Assembly (NCBI RefSeq): GCF_031769215.1
Contig: NW_026781904.1
Location: 372,001-436,000, forward strand
DNA from: Ylistrum balloti
Taxonomy: Eukaryota
DNA length: 64,000 bases
Reading direction: 5' to 3'
In this document: in pieces, positions 1 to 13,438 of the stretch
How positions within the stretch are numbered: position 1 is the stretch's first letter
Layout of the letters: the number at the start of each line of letters is the position of its first letter
Position numbers and translations under genes: made by a program
The notes under the pieces: generated by a model
Told to the model about the DNA's origin: nothing
What the model saw: only the letters and a program-made list of their open reading frames with translations
Databases searched by the model: none

Positions 1-3000
1 AATATATCAAAATATGTTTTTTTAAGATTTGAATAAAGAATTTTATCAAGATATGTACGTCGTTAATGTATAGGCTGATTTTCAAATGATAGTTTTTCAG
101 TATAGTTGCGTTCCATCTTCTTTAGAGACTGCATGATGAAATCCCTTGCAGGCCTGCTATAGAATACAAATTAATTGATCATTAAATAATCATTCTAAGT
201 CAGGGTTAATTACAAACAAGCGAGGAAACAAAAGAGAAAATCACGATATTGATTTCCATTCAAGTTATCCTGATAAGGAAATGTAAGCTTTTTCATCTCG
301 GTCTCTTTTATATGGAGAGAAAAACTTCCTAAATCACCACTACGTTAGGTGCAATTAGGCCCGTTTCATCACGTGATCGAATTAAAGTGTGGCCATGCGC
401 GTGCGTTCACTTGATTTAAGGTGTGACGGTGCGACGCCTTCGATGGTCCACGTCCACGCAAGATCGAGCTAATCGTGATGGACAGGTATAAAATTGACGC
501 CTGCTCACCCTGTAACGTTTAACAAGGCAGGTAATAGACATTAATGGGAGATAATTTGTTTTATTTACAAGTTACATGGTGATTTTTGGGGTTTAACATC
601 TCTTTAAGAACACAAATGTCAACTCGGCTTCAATTTGCACGCGAATATGGTAGCCAATTAGTCAAAAGTGGATAACGTGGGGTCATAGTTACCATGACGA
701 CTGATGCAGACACTGCGCATGCCCCGTAGCCGCCATCTGCTTTGTGTAATCTAATGATAACATTGTACGTGTTTGATTTTGATTTATTAGAAAAGTACAG
801 AAATAGAATATTGTCCTTCATTCTACAGAAACTCTGCAGAGGTTTTTTCGTCGAAACACTTGATTTATCTTAAATGTTTATAGGTCAAAATGGCTATACG
901 ACAAAGCACATACATGTAAAACGTCCATTTATCACGTGATATAGGTCCCTAAATACAGAGGATTTCCACTCAGACGAAACGTTGAAGATTTACGCGGTAA
1001 ACGAAACGTAGATCAGACTACAATAACGGCAACTCCAGAACATCCAACTATTGCAATGTCGATACTTTAATATTTGACGATTGAAATATTGCCGATGAAA
1101 ATTTTATATTTAGATGCATAATTTCCGGTTTATAAACCACGTATAAAATACAAGCCAAGTCCGTCAGCTGCTGGAATTTTATATCACGGGCTGGAACAGT
1201 AGCAAATATATGTGCTTCAGCTTACTGGTAATAGTTCTTACTTAAATTCTTACCTTTGTAATCAATTGTCGTCTGCTGGCTTGAATGTAGGTCTGTTTTG
1301 GCAATGCATATGTAATCTCTGCCGGAAGTACTAGGCAATGTTTCTATGGTGCCCCAGTATACTATATATGTTGTGTTTACAATTGACGCCCGAGTTAAAA
1401 TTGCTTAAAATTCAATTAAGTACAAGATTTGAAGCACGTCTTAATACTTTTATTTGAATTGATCATTTGAAAACTTGAAATGTTTAAATCCACAATGTGT
1501 GCTCGTCATGTTCCCCGTTGTGTGCTTAACTGTGAACGAGATAGAGACAGAATTTTAAAAAAAATTCAAATACACGTACCATATACAATTACAGTGACGT
1601 GAATAGAAAACGATCTAACATCGTTATAATGCCACCCGCTTTTGTTCCAGTTAATGTTCGCCTTATATTGAGGTTGGCGATAACATCGAGAATTGTATTT
1701 GGTTGTGAAATGTGCAGGCCTATATAATGTTGATTAATGATTAATTTAAGGACATAAGTATATGTTTACCTACTATCGTCAATAAGAATCAGATTCCGTA
1801 TACATATCATACTGACAAACAAACAAAAAAAGAACAAAATCAATTTCTGATGAAGTTGATTATTTCCTATCAAGGTCTCCGTGCCAGAATAAAATAAGTT
1901 GATACCAGCACGACAAACGTAAAAAGATAGCGAGGAAAGCCTCGGTGTCAAAAACGGCTCATAATTTACTTCACCGTGTCATTTTTACGACATTAACAGC
2001 ATTGATGGGCAGGAAAGAAAAGCGGGAATTGGTAACACATCGACAGACGAACCGAGTGGCATCTCTAAGACGTCGCCTAACATGCAATGGGGTATCTACT
2101 TTTTCTGTCATGCGCGGTAAAAATACACTTCCGCTTTTACCGAAATGTACCGATGGTGTAAAACATTGAAATTATGCATATTGAAACTTAAAAGCACTTA
2201 ACGATTAGATTTTGTAATAAACAGAAATGCACAACTTTTAACATACTTTGACATGTTATTTCATTTTTATCCGATATGACAAAGAAATCTTACAAATATG
2301 TCTCTTTAAACAATATGTGTGATGACGGCACGTGCTTATCGAACCAACTACATCGACGATACAATTTGACCGAGTGCATGCTGTTATTTTAATGGGATAC
2401 TCCGGCTGAACCCACTCTTTCAAAGATACGGGTTGATCGGCAAATTTCATCCACCACTCAGAATGGACAGGATGGAATACTGTCACCATAGCGTCAATAA
2501 AACGACAAGATCCACGCAATTATTTCTTTACACGTGAAATACTTCATTATCAGGACTCTGCCAAGACCCCCGGCGGAGTGACACAATAGAATGTCGGCAT
2601 TGTAAATTATACGACCATTCGTTTGTAATCCAGATTCAGTGATTAGTTTTAAAAAAAACAAATTCTGTGACTTTCATTTTTTTCTGAATAAATGGGATAT
2701 AATCGAGGAATGGATTATGTAATGAAATAGCTCTTGCTCTCGTTCCATCCCCGCCCCAGTCCTAAAAATAGCGTTTCCGTGTTATCGCCACCGACACACT
2801 AAGATTAGTTTTATAAGCACATCTTTGTTGTCAATCATTGCCAATGGAATCTACACCTATATCTTTATCATCGCAAAACATCCCGTCAATAAACAAACAT
2901 CTTTAAGGGAAAAAAACTGACAAGATGAATATTTTAACAGAAAGTATACAAAGTATTTCTTAGAAGTCGTTTCGTCCCAGTGGTCAAGATGTGGTACAAA

Positions 3001-3435
3001 GGCACGTGCTTGGGAACACTGCCATTGACCATGAAACGTGATGTAAATGCTGAAAACAACGTAAAACGTTTCGTCTTGTAGAATTTCGAAAGTACAACCG
3101 TTATCAAAAATAGGTGATTTCTTTTCTGCTTTGATGCGATGCCAAGTAGTGGCATCACATACAATAGATGTTTGCTGTTTTGGGGAGTTGTGACAAGAAG
3201 AAGTGTTATGTTAACACTCCATCACGTAAACCATAGTACATAAGATCAAGGAAGTGAGAAAATCACTGAGAATTCAAACAAATGGTGTGCTTTTTTTTCT
3301 ATTTTCTCCAAATGATTATAAAATTCCAATTCAACCATTTTATTCCAGAATTTCAAAACACTCTATAAAACAGAAACAATATACGAAAATTCAGGTAGAT
3401 TATGGTATAACAATTATTCATTAGAGCATTCTCAA

Positions 3436-3650
3436 AACACTTGCCTTTCATCAAGCCGTCTGGGTTCGAGTCCCGGAACAGACCTGAAAGGTAGAGGGTC
3501 ACCTGTCCGACCACGTGGGTTTTCCCGGGTACTCCGTATTCCTCTCACAATAAGACCCCTTACGCCTTAAATCCGGGCCAACAAGGGTAATTTAGTATAA
3601 ATTGTTATAACTTGTTTTGCAATGATTGTGAAATAAAAAAAAAATAAAAA
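3436..3650 (+). mobile_element. tRNA-derived SINE, 5'-truncated, with V/Meta-type central domain and A-rich tail
   Basis: acacttgcctttca, then B box ggttcgagtcc (3463-3473), then gtgggttttcccgggtactccgtattcctctcac, then an A-rich tail at about 3631-3650. Confidence 0.8.
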
Positions 3651-6600
3651 TTTAATTCATTGGAGTGAAGCATTTACACTATATAACTTCATTAAAACTG
3701 CCATAGTTCCGGAACTAGGTAGCAATTTTATCATAATTATATGAATATTAACAAACATTAGTACAATGAAACACTTGATATTGATTTTATTGGTTATTTT
3801 CTAAACAATGAACAAAACTGTTAAGAAAAACACCAGGTGTGTGGTGTCCGTGTTAATGTAGAGGGGTAAACTTATTAACATGATGACAGGCGATTTCAAT
3901 ATGTTTCTGTATGTTGATATTGCTTTTTCTAAAATACATTATCGTCCTATATGAAATATTTTACTTCGGTGTAATACCAGTAAATAAACAGGTTACTTAT
4001 AAACAAAGCGACATGTACCGGAAGTCGCTTTCTTGTGCACACTAAGACTGGAGAGTTCCATTTCCGCTAAGTGCTATCAATCAAAACGCTTATCGTTTAG
4101 AGTACTATCAAAAACTATGGTTAGTGAAGGACGATCTCCCAATGTATGTGAAATGAATGCAAGTGTTGAGCACATACTAATGCCAAGAAATATTTTAATA
4201 CACCTACATAATCCGGTCGATCAGGAGGTATTAAAATGTCGATTATGTAGATTCATTGAGAGCCACTACTTAACTTTATAAAGACCCTATACACAGCGCT
4301 TCAGTGTTTCAGATATTATAGCAAGGGCTCCTTTGTTTTAATACAACATATCCGTTGTAAATTGTACTTCTACCGCTGATCCTTGATATTTCTCCCACTT
4401 ATAAAGATATAAACCCGAATGTTTCCTAATCCCGCTGATAAAATTTACCATACACAACTCCATTCAAATTAAGCTTAAGTACGTCTCGGCTGAATTTTGT
4501 GAATGAATATGTAAATGTCTCGGCTGAATACATTCATTATGACATGGTATGTGATTAATATAGAATTTTTCTATGTTCATATATATCGAATCATTTCGAT
4601 ATTTTGCCTGCATTAGAATCAACACAATATCACCTCGTTTTCATTTCAAATTTCAATCTCACTCCGAAATTAATCAATGATTGAAAAAACTCACTTTGGA
4701 TTTGAAATAGGTTTGAAAAAATATTCATAATGTCTGAAGTAAATTGAGATAAGTAATAGAATCAGACAGGATCTGTAAATGCAAAAAGACCAGTACACAA
4801 ATATTCCTTTTTTTTATGCCTACTGTTGTAAACCTAGGCGTCTAGACTTGTTCCTTTACTGAAGTCATCCGTCTTGTTGACCACAAATAACGTTGACCTT
4901 TTAAATGTATGCCTATGTAACCTTTATAATGACCGTTTTCAATGTTTTTTTTATTGTGTTTCTTGTCATTTATCAAGAAACGACATAAATGACAAAACGT
5001 TATTTTTTCGTCTCAATAAACGTCACCGATGAATTATTTTCACGAGAGAATGCGACATCGGTATAGTGTCAGAAAAAAATACACACCTTCATAATTAAGA
5101 TTTAATATAAATAATCATCTTTCATCATTACTTCATTAAAAATTCAGCGTTTTATCACTTTTTGGCAAATTGGCGCAATGGTCATATAGCGCGTCCATAC
5201 CCCCCTGATAAATAGATAACATTTAGAAGTTATCGAAAAAAAAATTAGTATAATTAAGTTGCTGCCGAAATCACAGTAATAGTAATACATATGATTATAG
5301 CAGGTAATTAGGGACGAAATAGTATATTTTTTTCCTTTTTAACTTTATAACACAAAAGCAGGTGGGGCAATAACTCAAAGAGCTTACCAATTAGTCTGGA
5401 CATTTTTTTAAAAAAAAAGTCAACGGAAAAAAATTGTTCACCTTCGAATTCATTATTGCTAGGTCCATTTACGTTTCTATGTACGGCGATCCTGAAATCT
5501 AAAAAAAAAAAAAAAAACCTTCCCGCGATTTAAGAGGTTAAATAGCATGATCAAATACATAGACCTGCCTTAAATTATAATTTGTTGTTCCGGAAAGCAA
5601 CTCCCCGAATACACTGCATCGTCGTTTTCCGGAATGACAGATTTGCCATGCAGCTATAATTAGTATAGCGAGTATCACGTGCCAATATACCTGGCCTTTC
5701 AGCTATTTGTATTATACTTAATCAGGAGCTATGCCCTGCTACTTTTGGAACTAAGCACCTCACGTGGTCTGGGCCCCGTGATGGAATGGATGGATTCACC
5801 ATGTAAGTGTCTCCATACATCCATCAATTCCTGTCTCCTACTCACCAGGGGGCTCTGTCTGTCTTTCAGTGTCCTAAACGGCAGTCCACGTGAAAAAGAT
5901 ACAAGATATTGACCACATGATCAAATATAATTGACGTCTTCGACCAGAAAGAGAGCGACATACAGTGTCACCTTGTAATGTATTGGAGAATGCATCTTCG
6001 TCGTGTCTATAACTCAATATTGCGTTGTATTTTCAAAATCGGAACTGCCATACATTCGGTTCTTTCAAATACATCAGTTGTCATTTTTGATCATGGCATA
6101 ATGCCAAAATCAAGTTATGACAAGAATTTCAAATAATTTGTGATATGACGAATAAATGATTATGAAAAATTACTGAAGAGACCAGAAACGGAAAATAATA
6201 GTGGACATATTTCAGATTTTTTTTTCTTTTTACATGTTTGTACGTAATTATAGCTGAAGTGCATCTTCTAATATATCTATATATATATACATTATTATCC
6301 TATTCTGTTGCGATCCCCTGGTTTTTATTGTCGGAAAAAAAAAAAGATTAATCATAAATGTTTCAAGCATTGCATTCCTTGCATATAATTATTCAAGGAT
6401 AATGTAAAATGGCGTTTTAATTGCTGTGTTGCAGGAAAATACAGATGTATGTACATCAACAAAATGAAAATTATTGACGGAAATTTTGTTATAAAATACT
6501 TGTTTTTGTAGAAATGAAAATATTTTGTTTTATTTGCACACATTGTGCATAAAACAACGAATTATACTTTTCATCTGACATAAACATAAGTTCTATGCTC

Positions 6601-9600
6601 AGTTATAAAGCCCCCGAAAACTAAAACATTCTCACTATATCCTACACGAATTCTCTGTCGACGTGACATTGATTGAATGATAAATCGGAAGTCTGGCATC
6701 CCCGGACTTCCAAGTGTACGATATGGCGGAAGTCCAGGGGATGATACGGAGCCAGAAAACCTGCTCCTGTGAGGAGTACATGATGTTTATTAGCCGGTAG
6801 TTTATTGGAACTTATTGTTTGAAATCAGCGCTGGTGATAACCGTTGTATAAGCCCACACGTAATTGTTCAGTATAATAGGAAACATTATTGACGAGAAAG
6901 ATGGCTATGATAATGTCACTGATGAGGAAATGAGTAATGAGTCCCGAAATTATACAAGTATTCGCCATTTACTTGAAGCTAATGCATTTTTAGCTTCACT
7001 GGTTTTAATTTTGTTTTGTCTTTTTAATATCCGAAAAAAAGAGCATTGAAGCCAAACTTTACATACAAATTATAAAATTATATGTTTTCAACATATTTCG
7101 ACAAATTCAACATCTGACATATTTCTTGTGTAGCTTGCGTACTATTCAAAATAAATAATCCGGCTTGGTATACGATTAAAAACAGCACGAGAACTGAACA
7201 ATAACTGTAACTTAAAATCGATAAAACATAGACAAAATCACAAGAAAATTAAGATTTATAGATTTATTCGGAGACCCTTGTATCAAGTACAAGCAGAAAT
7301 AGAACCACACGTTCCGGAAGGATCTAAGTCTTGTTTGGCAACATAATCATCGACAATAGCCGTGGTAGCGTAATTTATCGAGACGGAATAAAAGCGGAAC
7401 GATATGGAAAATAACGTAACGAAATAAATCTATAGTAATGAAATACAAACGAAATGGAAACAGAGCGAAAACGCTAAAATCATTCATCCGGAATTTATTA
7501 CAGGTGATCGATTTCACAAGGAATCTTGCCACATTACCCAATCATCAAAGCATCATGATGAATCAAGAGCCAGCTTTTAAAATGATAAAATTTCTTTTAT
7601 TTAATGTTTGTATTTACATATACACGTAGTGCGGTAAATTGATATCAAAGTTGCTGAGATTTTTGCCTTATGGACATGTACCTTTTTGTGAAAGCTTGAG
7701 TTTTGATGACGAGTAGCACAAATATAAATTGGGTCTAAGGAAACCAGGCGAAAAGCACTCCGGTTCCATTGTTAAAAAGTACCTGCTTTTATACCGCATA
7801 TCACTTACAGCAGTAACATGTGACAGAGTGTTTTTTTTCTTCTAAATAAGAAGCTTTGATCTATATGAACAGTGCTTTAGTGAAACAACATATAAAGAAA
7901 ATGGCAACGAAAGTTCATTGTACGTTATATTTTGAAAGAAAATCGTTGTTTGGTTTATAAATAAATCGTCCATTAGCCTAGTAAAATCAACATAACTACA
8001 CCGACTGGCTGTCGGACGGCAGTGAAGAAGAATGCACCATCCGTAAGAAGTATTGTTGTCAAAGTGCAGGCGCCCTAACCCCTGGGCTGTGAGTTATGTG
8101 GATTAGTGTGTCGACCCATCGTTGTTAATGTAGCTCTGTCGGCCCGGGGGGTCGGGATCGTTGAAGTACTGGCCCGGGAGATACATGTTGGATATACATC
8201 ATTCCTATATAAGGATCGTGACATTAAAATTGCTTTCTTTGCCGAATCACTTGTCACATATTGTTCAACGAATACACCGGATCTGAGAATCAAAGCTTAA
8301 AGACCGACGATGACGACATCACCATTTTTTTTCCCCGGCAATTGACTAAAATGCTTCTTGCTCGGTCATTTTCTCAGTTGTTACTTCAAAAAGTGGGGTA
8401 GTTAACGTGTAGGGAAAACTATACAATGACGTCACTACCATAATTGACGTGAGAAATTCGTATGGCAAAACATATTGATTAAAGGAGAAAAAGATTCAGC
8501 AATCCATGTTGAGTATACGTGTACTTTAAGATATCTCAACCCTTGGGATGAGATTGTTTTGTATCCCATAAGCAAGCATCCGGTTATACAGTGTATGATG
8601 CCTGGGTAATTACATTGCTAAGAAGAAAACATCACCGGGCACACACTGAAATTTAAAGTCAGTCAATTTAAAACAGAAGAGTTGTGGAAGTTGACGTCAT
8701 GTGATATTAATAACGCAAAGACCGCGTTTTAGGACGCGTTGTTTACAGACTTGAACCAAACGACACCAGATTGGCAAACGTGCTGTTTGCACTGCAAAAA
8801 ATTCAAGTTGAAAAGAACATGTGTATTTAGGCTGTTTGAGAGAGGTTTTCGTACGTGGAATACTGACATATCTTACATAATATAGATATGCTGGTTTTAT
8901 TGTTTGTTTGTTTGTTGTTGTTATTGCCAGTGCTACAGTGCTACATTGTATATAGTCATTTTCTATTATTCTATTATCGTCTGTTTCGGCTATGTAGACA
9001 GACATCTATGAAGATATAAATTAAAATTTATCATCAACGTAGCGCACTGGATCGATGAGGGGTGATGAACTGGTATACATCCTTATTACGGTGTGAGCAC
9101 GCGCGGAGATCGGCGTTAACAGCTTACTGTTGAAGGTCTCGTTTCGTGTTTGTGAACTTAACAACAGTTTCATATGCAATTCGACACACGGGCACGTAGC
9201 ATAGAAACCTGTTTATTTTGGGACTGGCAATTCAAAATATTGTTGTTTTTATTTGCCGTTAATTTACTTACCGCATACCTCGGGCGGATTGTTTACAACG
9301 AAATATAGACACAGATAATTGTTTCACTGGCCTCCGGTGGCCTTGACCGCACGGCAGTTTCATACACCTATAATATTGTACATCTGTAGTCACCAACCAA
9401 CTTGCGCCTGTCGTTATTTAACACTGCTAGTATACTGTATGAAAGTTATTATTTGTGAAAGAAATATTTTCACGTCTTTTAATATTTCAGGTTCGATCAA
9501 ATATATCAACAATGGAGTTATAAACATGCATTAATTTTCGTTTCCCATACAAGTCCTCACGCTGAACCGAGTCACTCAGAATTAGTAATCACGGCAATTT

Positions 9601-10510
9601 GACGCTGAGTACACCGAAAATGCGAAAATAATTTTGGACAAATACTCCAGTGACTGGACAATTTTGTCGGATTGATGCCGAATAGTTATTAACATCGGCA
9701 ACCAGTAATTAACCTTGGAACATGTCGCCTTTTTATGTCAAAAGAGTCTCAATGAACTCATTATGCAACACATAATGGTCTTTCCCATGATTTAAAAAAA
9801 TAAATAAAAATGACATGTACTTTAAAATTTCAAAATAAATCTCATATTAAAAAATGTAAACACGAGGAATATTGTCATTGTACTTTAAAGTTTTTTACGC
9901 TTAATTTTGCTTCTCGTGTAGATTCAACATGGCGGAAAATAACTGGTTTGTGTCACGCACATTCACCGGACGTCATGATCGGTATTACTATGAAGAGTAA
10001 TTAGTCCTTTGTGTAGAATAACCCGAGTCATTACAAGCACCTGTCTCTCTTAAAGTGACACTTGTTGCCTTTTCTTCTGAAGCTCTAACGAGGCAGATTA
10101 TTTGTAAATTCGCGTGCGCTATACCTGTGTTTTCCCATGATATGGTGTTTTATAGAATTGTTGTGTAAGGTTCGAGCTACTTTTGGTCAGTCGTTTGAAA
10201 GATTACTCCTTCGTGCTTGTCGGATATGGATATTAATACATATATGATTATCCCGTGTTTTTTATGATTTAGAAGTTTTAATTCTATTTAAACGATAGTT
10301 GTTAGAGTGGAAACAGTATTGTACAATTAGTTCTCTCATACCTTATGACCTCATCCTTTCCCATCCAAGTTACTTATCTTCTCAACCTCCGAACGTCACG
10401 TATACCCATCTTCCTTCATTGATACCTCATTTGTTCACTGACTTGGTATCCGATGAACTTTCCTCCCAAAATACCAGTGTCCTCTTTCGTACAAAGCCCT
10501 CAGCCTTCCT

Positions 10511-10820
10511 TCGTGTCTCGTGTTGTCACTAACTTTTCGGTGTCTGATAGTATCCCTCTTTCGTGCCTCGTGTTGTCACTAACTCTTCAGTGTATGATAG
10601 TATCCCCCTTTCGTGTCTCGTGTTGTCACTGAGTCTTCAGTGTCTGATAGTATCCCCCTTTCGTGTCTCGTGTTGTCACTAACTCTTCAGTGTATGATAG
10701 TATCCCCCTTTCGTGTCTCGTGTTGTCACTGAGTCTTCAGTGTCTGATAGTATCCCCCTTTCGTGTCTCGTGTTGTCACTAACTTTTCGGTGTCTGATAC
10801 TAACCCCCTTTTCGTGTCAC
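10511..10820. repeat. 50-bp minisatellite, 6 copies
   Basis: Unit tcgtgtctcgtgttgtcactaactcttcagtgtatgatagtatccccctt starts at 10511, 10561, 10611, 10661, 10711 and 10761. Confidence 0.95.
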
Positions 10821-11619
10821 ATGTACTCGTTTACACTCTGAGTATGCTTCGTTTCCCGAATTCACACTCCTGTCGTTTGCTTATTTTGCATTTACATTTC
10901 ACATCGTGTCTCATATCCCCCTCGTTCTCTGTAGAGTTAGATATGTGATCGTATTCCCACTACCCTTCCTGTGTCATTTCCGCACCTTTCTTTCGTTATT
11001 CATTTCGTCGTCTTAATTTCTTTCGTGTCTCGTATCCTCCCTCACCCTCCTGATTTTGTTACCCCCCTCCCCACCGCCCATCCCTCCCAACCTTAGCAAC
11101 CATGTTCTTCATAGATCTGTATGGTCGACCGGGCGTCTCTTCCCTTTCGTGTCACATCTTCCCGCTCCTCCTACGTGTGTTTACATGTTTACTCAGTTTC
11201 TCCGATCAGATATGAGAATAACCATGGTTAATGACACGTGACTTTAAATCGTCTCACGTGAACACGTATACGAGTGTTTGTGATCTAACAATTCAATAGA
11301 TGCACATGTCATGCGTGATTGTATCTAAGGTACCAGCACAGAATCAAAATTGAGGACATACTTGTTACCAATTAAAAAACATTTGGGTCACGAGACATGC
11401 GCGTGCATTTGAATTCAAACCGGACTTCACGGCTCATCAGTGAAACCTAACTCACAAAATGTCAACCTCGTTCGTTAGCAGTGTTAATTATGTTGTATCT
11501 CTGTCCAACCTGCACGTTAAAGGACTTTTCCGTACTAAGATTATCAAGGTATGATGAAGGACACAAGTGAAGTCTTGCGTATTCGAAATGTCGCAGCTTT
11601 CACTACGAAAACGAACACC

Positions 11620-11870
11620 GATATTTCGAAGCGGTTGATTAAGCCCAAACTCATAACTATCGCCAGTATGTCGAAATATTTTGATAAATATACAGTCCCA
11701 CTTTGTCGAAGTCATTGAATTAATGTAGAGTCCCAAGATGTCGAAATAATGAGATTAAAGTACAGTCCCAATATGTCGAAGTCACGAGATTAAAAGGATG
11801 ACCCCGATATGTCGAAGTAATAAGATTAAAATCACGATCCTGATATGTTGAAGTCCTGAGATTAAAATAA
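11620..11870. repeat. Degenerate 35-36-bp tandem repeat, about 6-7 copies
   Basis: The tgtcgaa core recurs at 11669, 11704, 11739, 11774, 11810 and (tgttgaa) 11846. Confidence 0.85.
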
Positions 11871-13245
11871 AATTAGACTTAGTTTTTAAACCTGATGTTT
11901 ATCTAACCTACAAAATGCGCCTTTATTTCTTTAGTGACAGGTATGATATATAAATATAGATATCTTTACCAACTTAGTATGGTTTTTTGTCCGCTATAAA
12001 GGGCCTTCGGCGTCCATCGGCCGCAGGGATTATCGCGACACCTAAATTTACACCACCTCTGTGGATGCAGATTTATAACTTTGTATTTGTTTTATGTTCT
12101 ATGTATGTGATGTAATTCATGATATATTTGTGTCTTGATAAAGAGGCAAGCTGCCTCGAAAATCTGTTGCTATTACTTCATAGATCATACATAGATACCT
12201 TTATACATACACTACCTTTCCAATATATAAATACATACGTTTCTATAAATATATATATTACTTAAACATGAAATCATATTCATCACGCGACTGTTCTAAG
12301 GAAATCTCCTGGTGGTCCGTATGACTTTAAAGACATTCCGTAGCTGCATATTATACAAAGATTACATTATCAAATCGTTACATTTTGCACCAGTGTGTAA
12401 TAAAATATGCACTCTAATGAATTAAATCGCGATAATTTGATTCTGAGCACCGCACTGCCGCGCCCCGCCAACAGTAACGGTCGCAACGTCAATATGAAGG
12501 ACGCTTGTCGGGAGCACTCCACGGCAATGTTTCAAACATATCGTTGTGTGAAATTGGACTAAATTAATTTATAAATCATAATACTAATTCGATATGGTTT
12601 TAATGTCACGAAGAATATGGCTCAACACTAGTGACAATTGGATCATTTTACCCCCAACACGTCGCTAAATACCATCTACAGCAGTCATTATGTCGTGGTT
12701 TAATTCAATCTTAATTTCAATGCTACTTCGTTTCAATGACATGTAAGATAAGGAAGGCGATTGCCCAGTAGGGTATGGCAATTGGTAGAGTGTAACACAA
12801 CATGTATTCAGTCACATGGTCGTGATAGGTCTCAGCTCAGATGTATGTAAACGTTATATATAAGTTATATCTCATTGAAATATCACGAGTTAATTTGTGG
12901 AATCACGATAAATTCGTGGGAGTTTAGAGCCCAGTGCCGTCTGTCCTTTGCAATTAGTGCCCACATTTGCTTGTGGACACTATACTTTCATGGGGAATGT
13001 TGCTACTTCAACGTTATCAGTAATTTTTTATCATGTTGGGGGTATGCGCCCTAGAAGAAAGAAACAAAATATCAGATCTATATGAATTTGTACTTAATGG
13101 CAGTTGACATACAAAATTAATTAAGTTGGTCTTGACATTGTGTCCTTTCCTCAACTTGTTTGGTAAGCGTTTTCTTTGAATGGGGAGGACCATTACACTT
13201 TATAACGATCTGAAATATAAATGAAGTCTTTTGTTTATTTTTCAG

Positions 13246-13355
13246 GACTTATTACTACAACACGTATCGGGAAAGATTTCAACCAAGTTATACCACCAAA
13301 TACAAGTGTTGTCACGGCTGGCAGGAAAGAGCGGGAACGACCGGATGCATGTTCA
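13246..13355 (+). CDS. MEGF6: Internal coding exon of a MEGF6-like gene, C-terminal half of the EMI domain (phase 2 to phase 1)
   Basis: Acceptor ttgtttatttttcag|G and donor A|gtaagt. Translates (R)TYYYNTYRERFQPSYTTKYKCCHGWQERAGTTGCMF, with the EMI-type Y-rich strand and KCCxGW...GC. It resembles my recollection of vertebrate MEGF6 (RTVYYMGYRQVY...RCCRGW...EGCLS). Below the 60-aa cutoff, so absent from the ORF track. Confidence 0.88.
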
Positions 13356-13438
13356 GTAAGTAGCGACACCTGTAGTCTATAGCCTGAAATACCTGTTGTA
13401 GTTGTCCTACTCTAGGTTTCGTTTTTAGAACAGAACGA

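Larger units (their letters stand above)
1..13245 (+). other. Probable 3' part of the upstream intron of the MEGF6-like gene
   Basis: No exon encoding the N-terminal EMI half (PxVC...PCVQAF...VW...C...WC) or a signal peptide was found upstream of 13246 (inference from absence). Confidence 0.55.

Noticed and set aside
2962-3081. Plus frame RFVPVVKMWYKGTC, resembling EMI VKVWKxGC
   Set aside because: No upstream or downstream EMI cysteines, runs into a stop, and has no donor.
4033-4281. ORF containing PNVC, like the start of the MEGF6 EMI domain
   Set aside because: It lacks the following EMI cysteines and the conserved W, and has no suitable phase-2 donor. Likely chance.
6919-6949. CTGATGA...GAAA hammerhead-ribozyme-like core (also 22233-22253)
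   Set aside because: Stems I and III cannot be formed, and stem II is at most 2 bp or lacks the closing G-C pair.
8103-8186. Minus-strand sORF MYLPGQYFNDPDPPGRQSYINNDGSTH in a GC-rich patch
   Set aside because: Only 27 aa, with an in-frame stop a few codons upstream, no splice acceptor and no recognisable family.
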